Assembly (NCBI GenBank): GCA_964016885.1
Contig: OZ024749.1
Location: 17,050,001 to 17,114,000, forward strand
Length of the DNA: 64,000 bases
DNA from: Eledone cirrhosa
Taxonomy: Eukaryota
Reading direction: 5' to 3'
Below are positions 63,501 through 64,000 of the stretch, in pieces; position 1 is the stretch's first letter, and every line of letters begins with the position of its first letter. The position numbers and the translations under genes are program-made. Under the pieces are notes generated by a model that was not told the origin of the DNA, did not search any database, and worked only from the letters and a program-made list of their open reading frames with translations.

Positions 63501-63839
63501 AGATAAGTCTACCAAAAGTTTCACGGTAGTGTCCAATCCGTATGAAGAACTCAATGTAATCCGGATATCATGAAAAGAAGAGATGCATTCAAATATCACT
63601 TTCGGTGAAAGATAAACGGAATACAGAGTCAAGATAAAATATTTAAAAAATAATGAATACACAAAGAAACAGTTCCTTATATTAAACAAAAAAAGTTCAT
63701 TATTTTACGATCGTTTCTAGGACATATATGTCTTAGAATTGGTATGCATATTCAAAAGATCTATGTACAAAATTATACAAACTATCAAAGAGAATATACA
63801 TACCTTCACATATATATGCTGTCTTCAGAAATAATTGTT

Positions 63840-63903
63840 TCTACTTTAGGCACAAGGCCAGCAATTACCCAGTGCATTACTGGTACTTTATTTTATCGAC
63901 CCC
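63840..63903 (-). mobile_element. SINE (Nin/Deu-like) 3' fragment
   Basis: GGCACAAGGCCAGC...TACTGGTACTTTATTTTATCGACCCC, nearly identical to 52592-52648. Confidence 0.7.
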
Positions 63904-64000
63904 AGAAATAATGATGCATATTTATTGATAATAACAACAATTCAAAATTACAGGTCTGTTTGGGACCAGAATTTAAATAGACCAATGAAATACATAAAAA

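Overview
Eukaryotic, repeat-dominated genomic DNA. The C2H2 finger style and the SINE/LINE families suggest an octopus or other cephalopod, which is an inference. Positions 1-~31455 are one 48-bp satellite array (~655 monomers) organised as a ~11.5-kb higher-order repeat (HOR); its many long ORFs are by-products of the 16-codon period. The right half holds one credible host gene, a 19-finger C2H2 zinc-finger ORF (44813-46507, minus strand), among transposon relics: several RTE LINEs, a Penelope-like element with a minimal hammerhead ribozyme motif, a decayed CsRn1/Kabuki-type Ty3/Gypsy element, tRNA-derived SINEs, MITEs and mini/microsatellites. The main observation is that the satellite starts ~50 bp after the ORF end of an RTE LINE and its monomer is a sub-repeat of the RTE 3' UTR. 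The window shows this unit at several stages: 1-2 monomers, 112-bp composite repeats, an old ~9-mer array, and the >31-kb HOR array. Other tandem arrays here also trace to local gene or TE fragments, including an 80-bp minisatellite derived from a dead zinc finger. Coordinates were read by eye, and edges of decayed elements are approximate.
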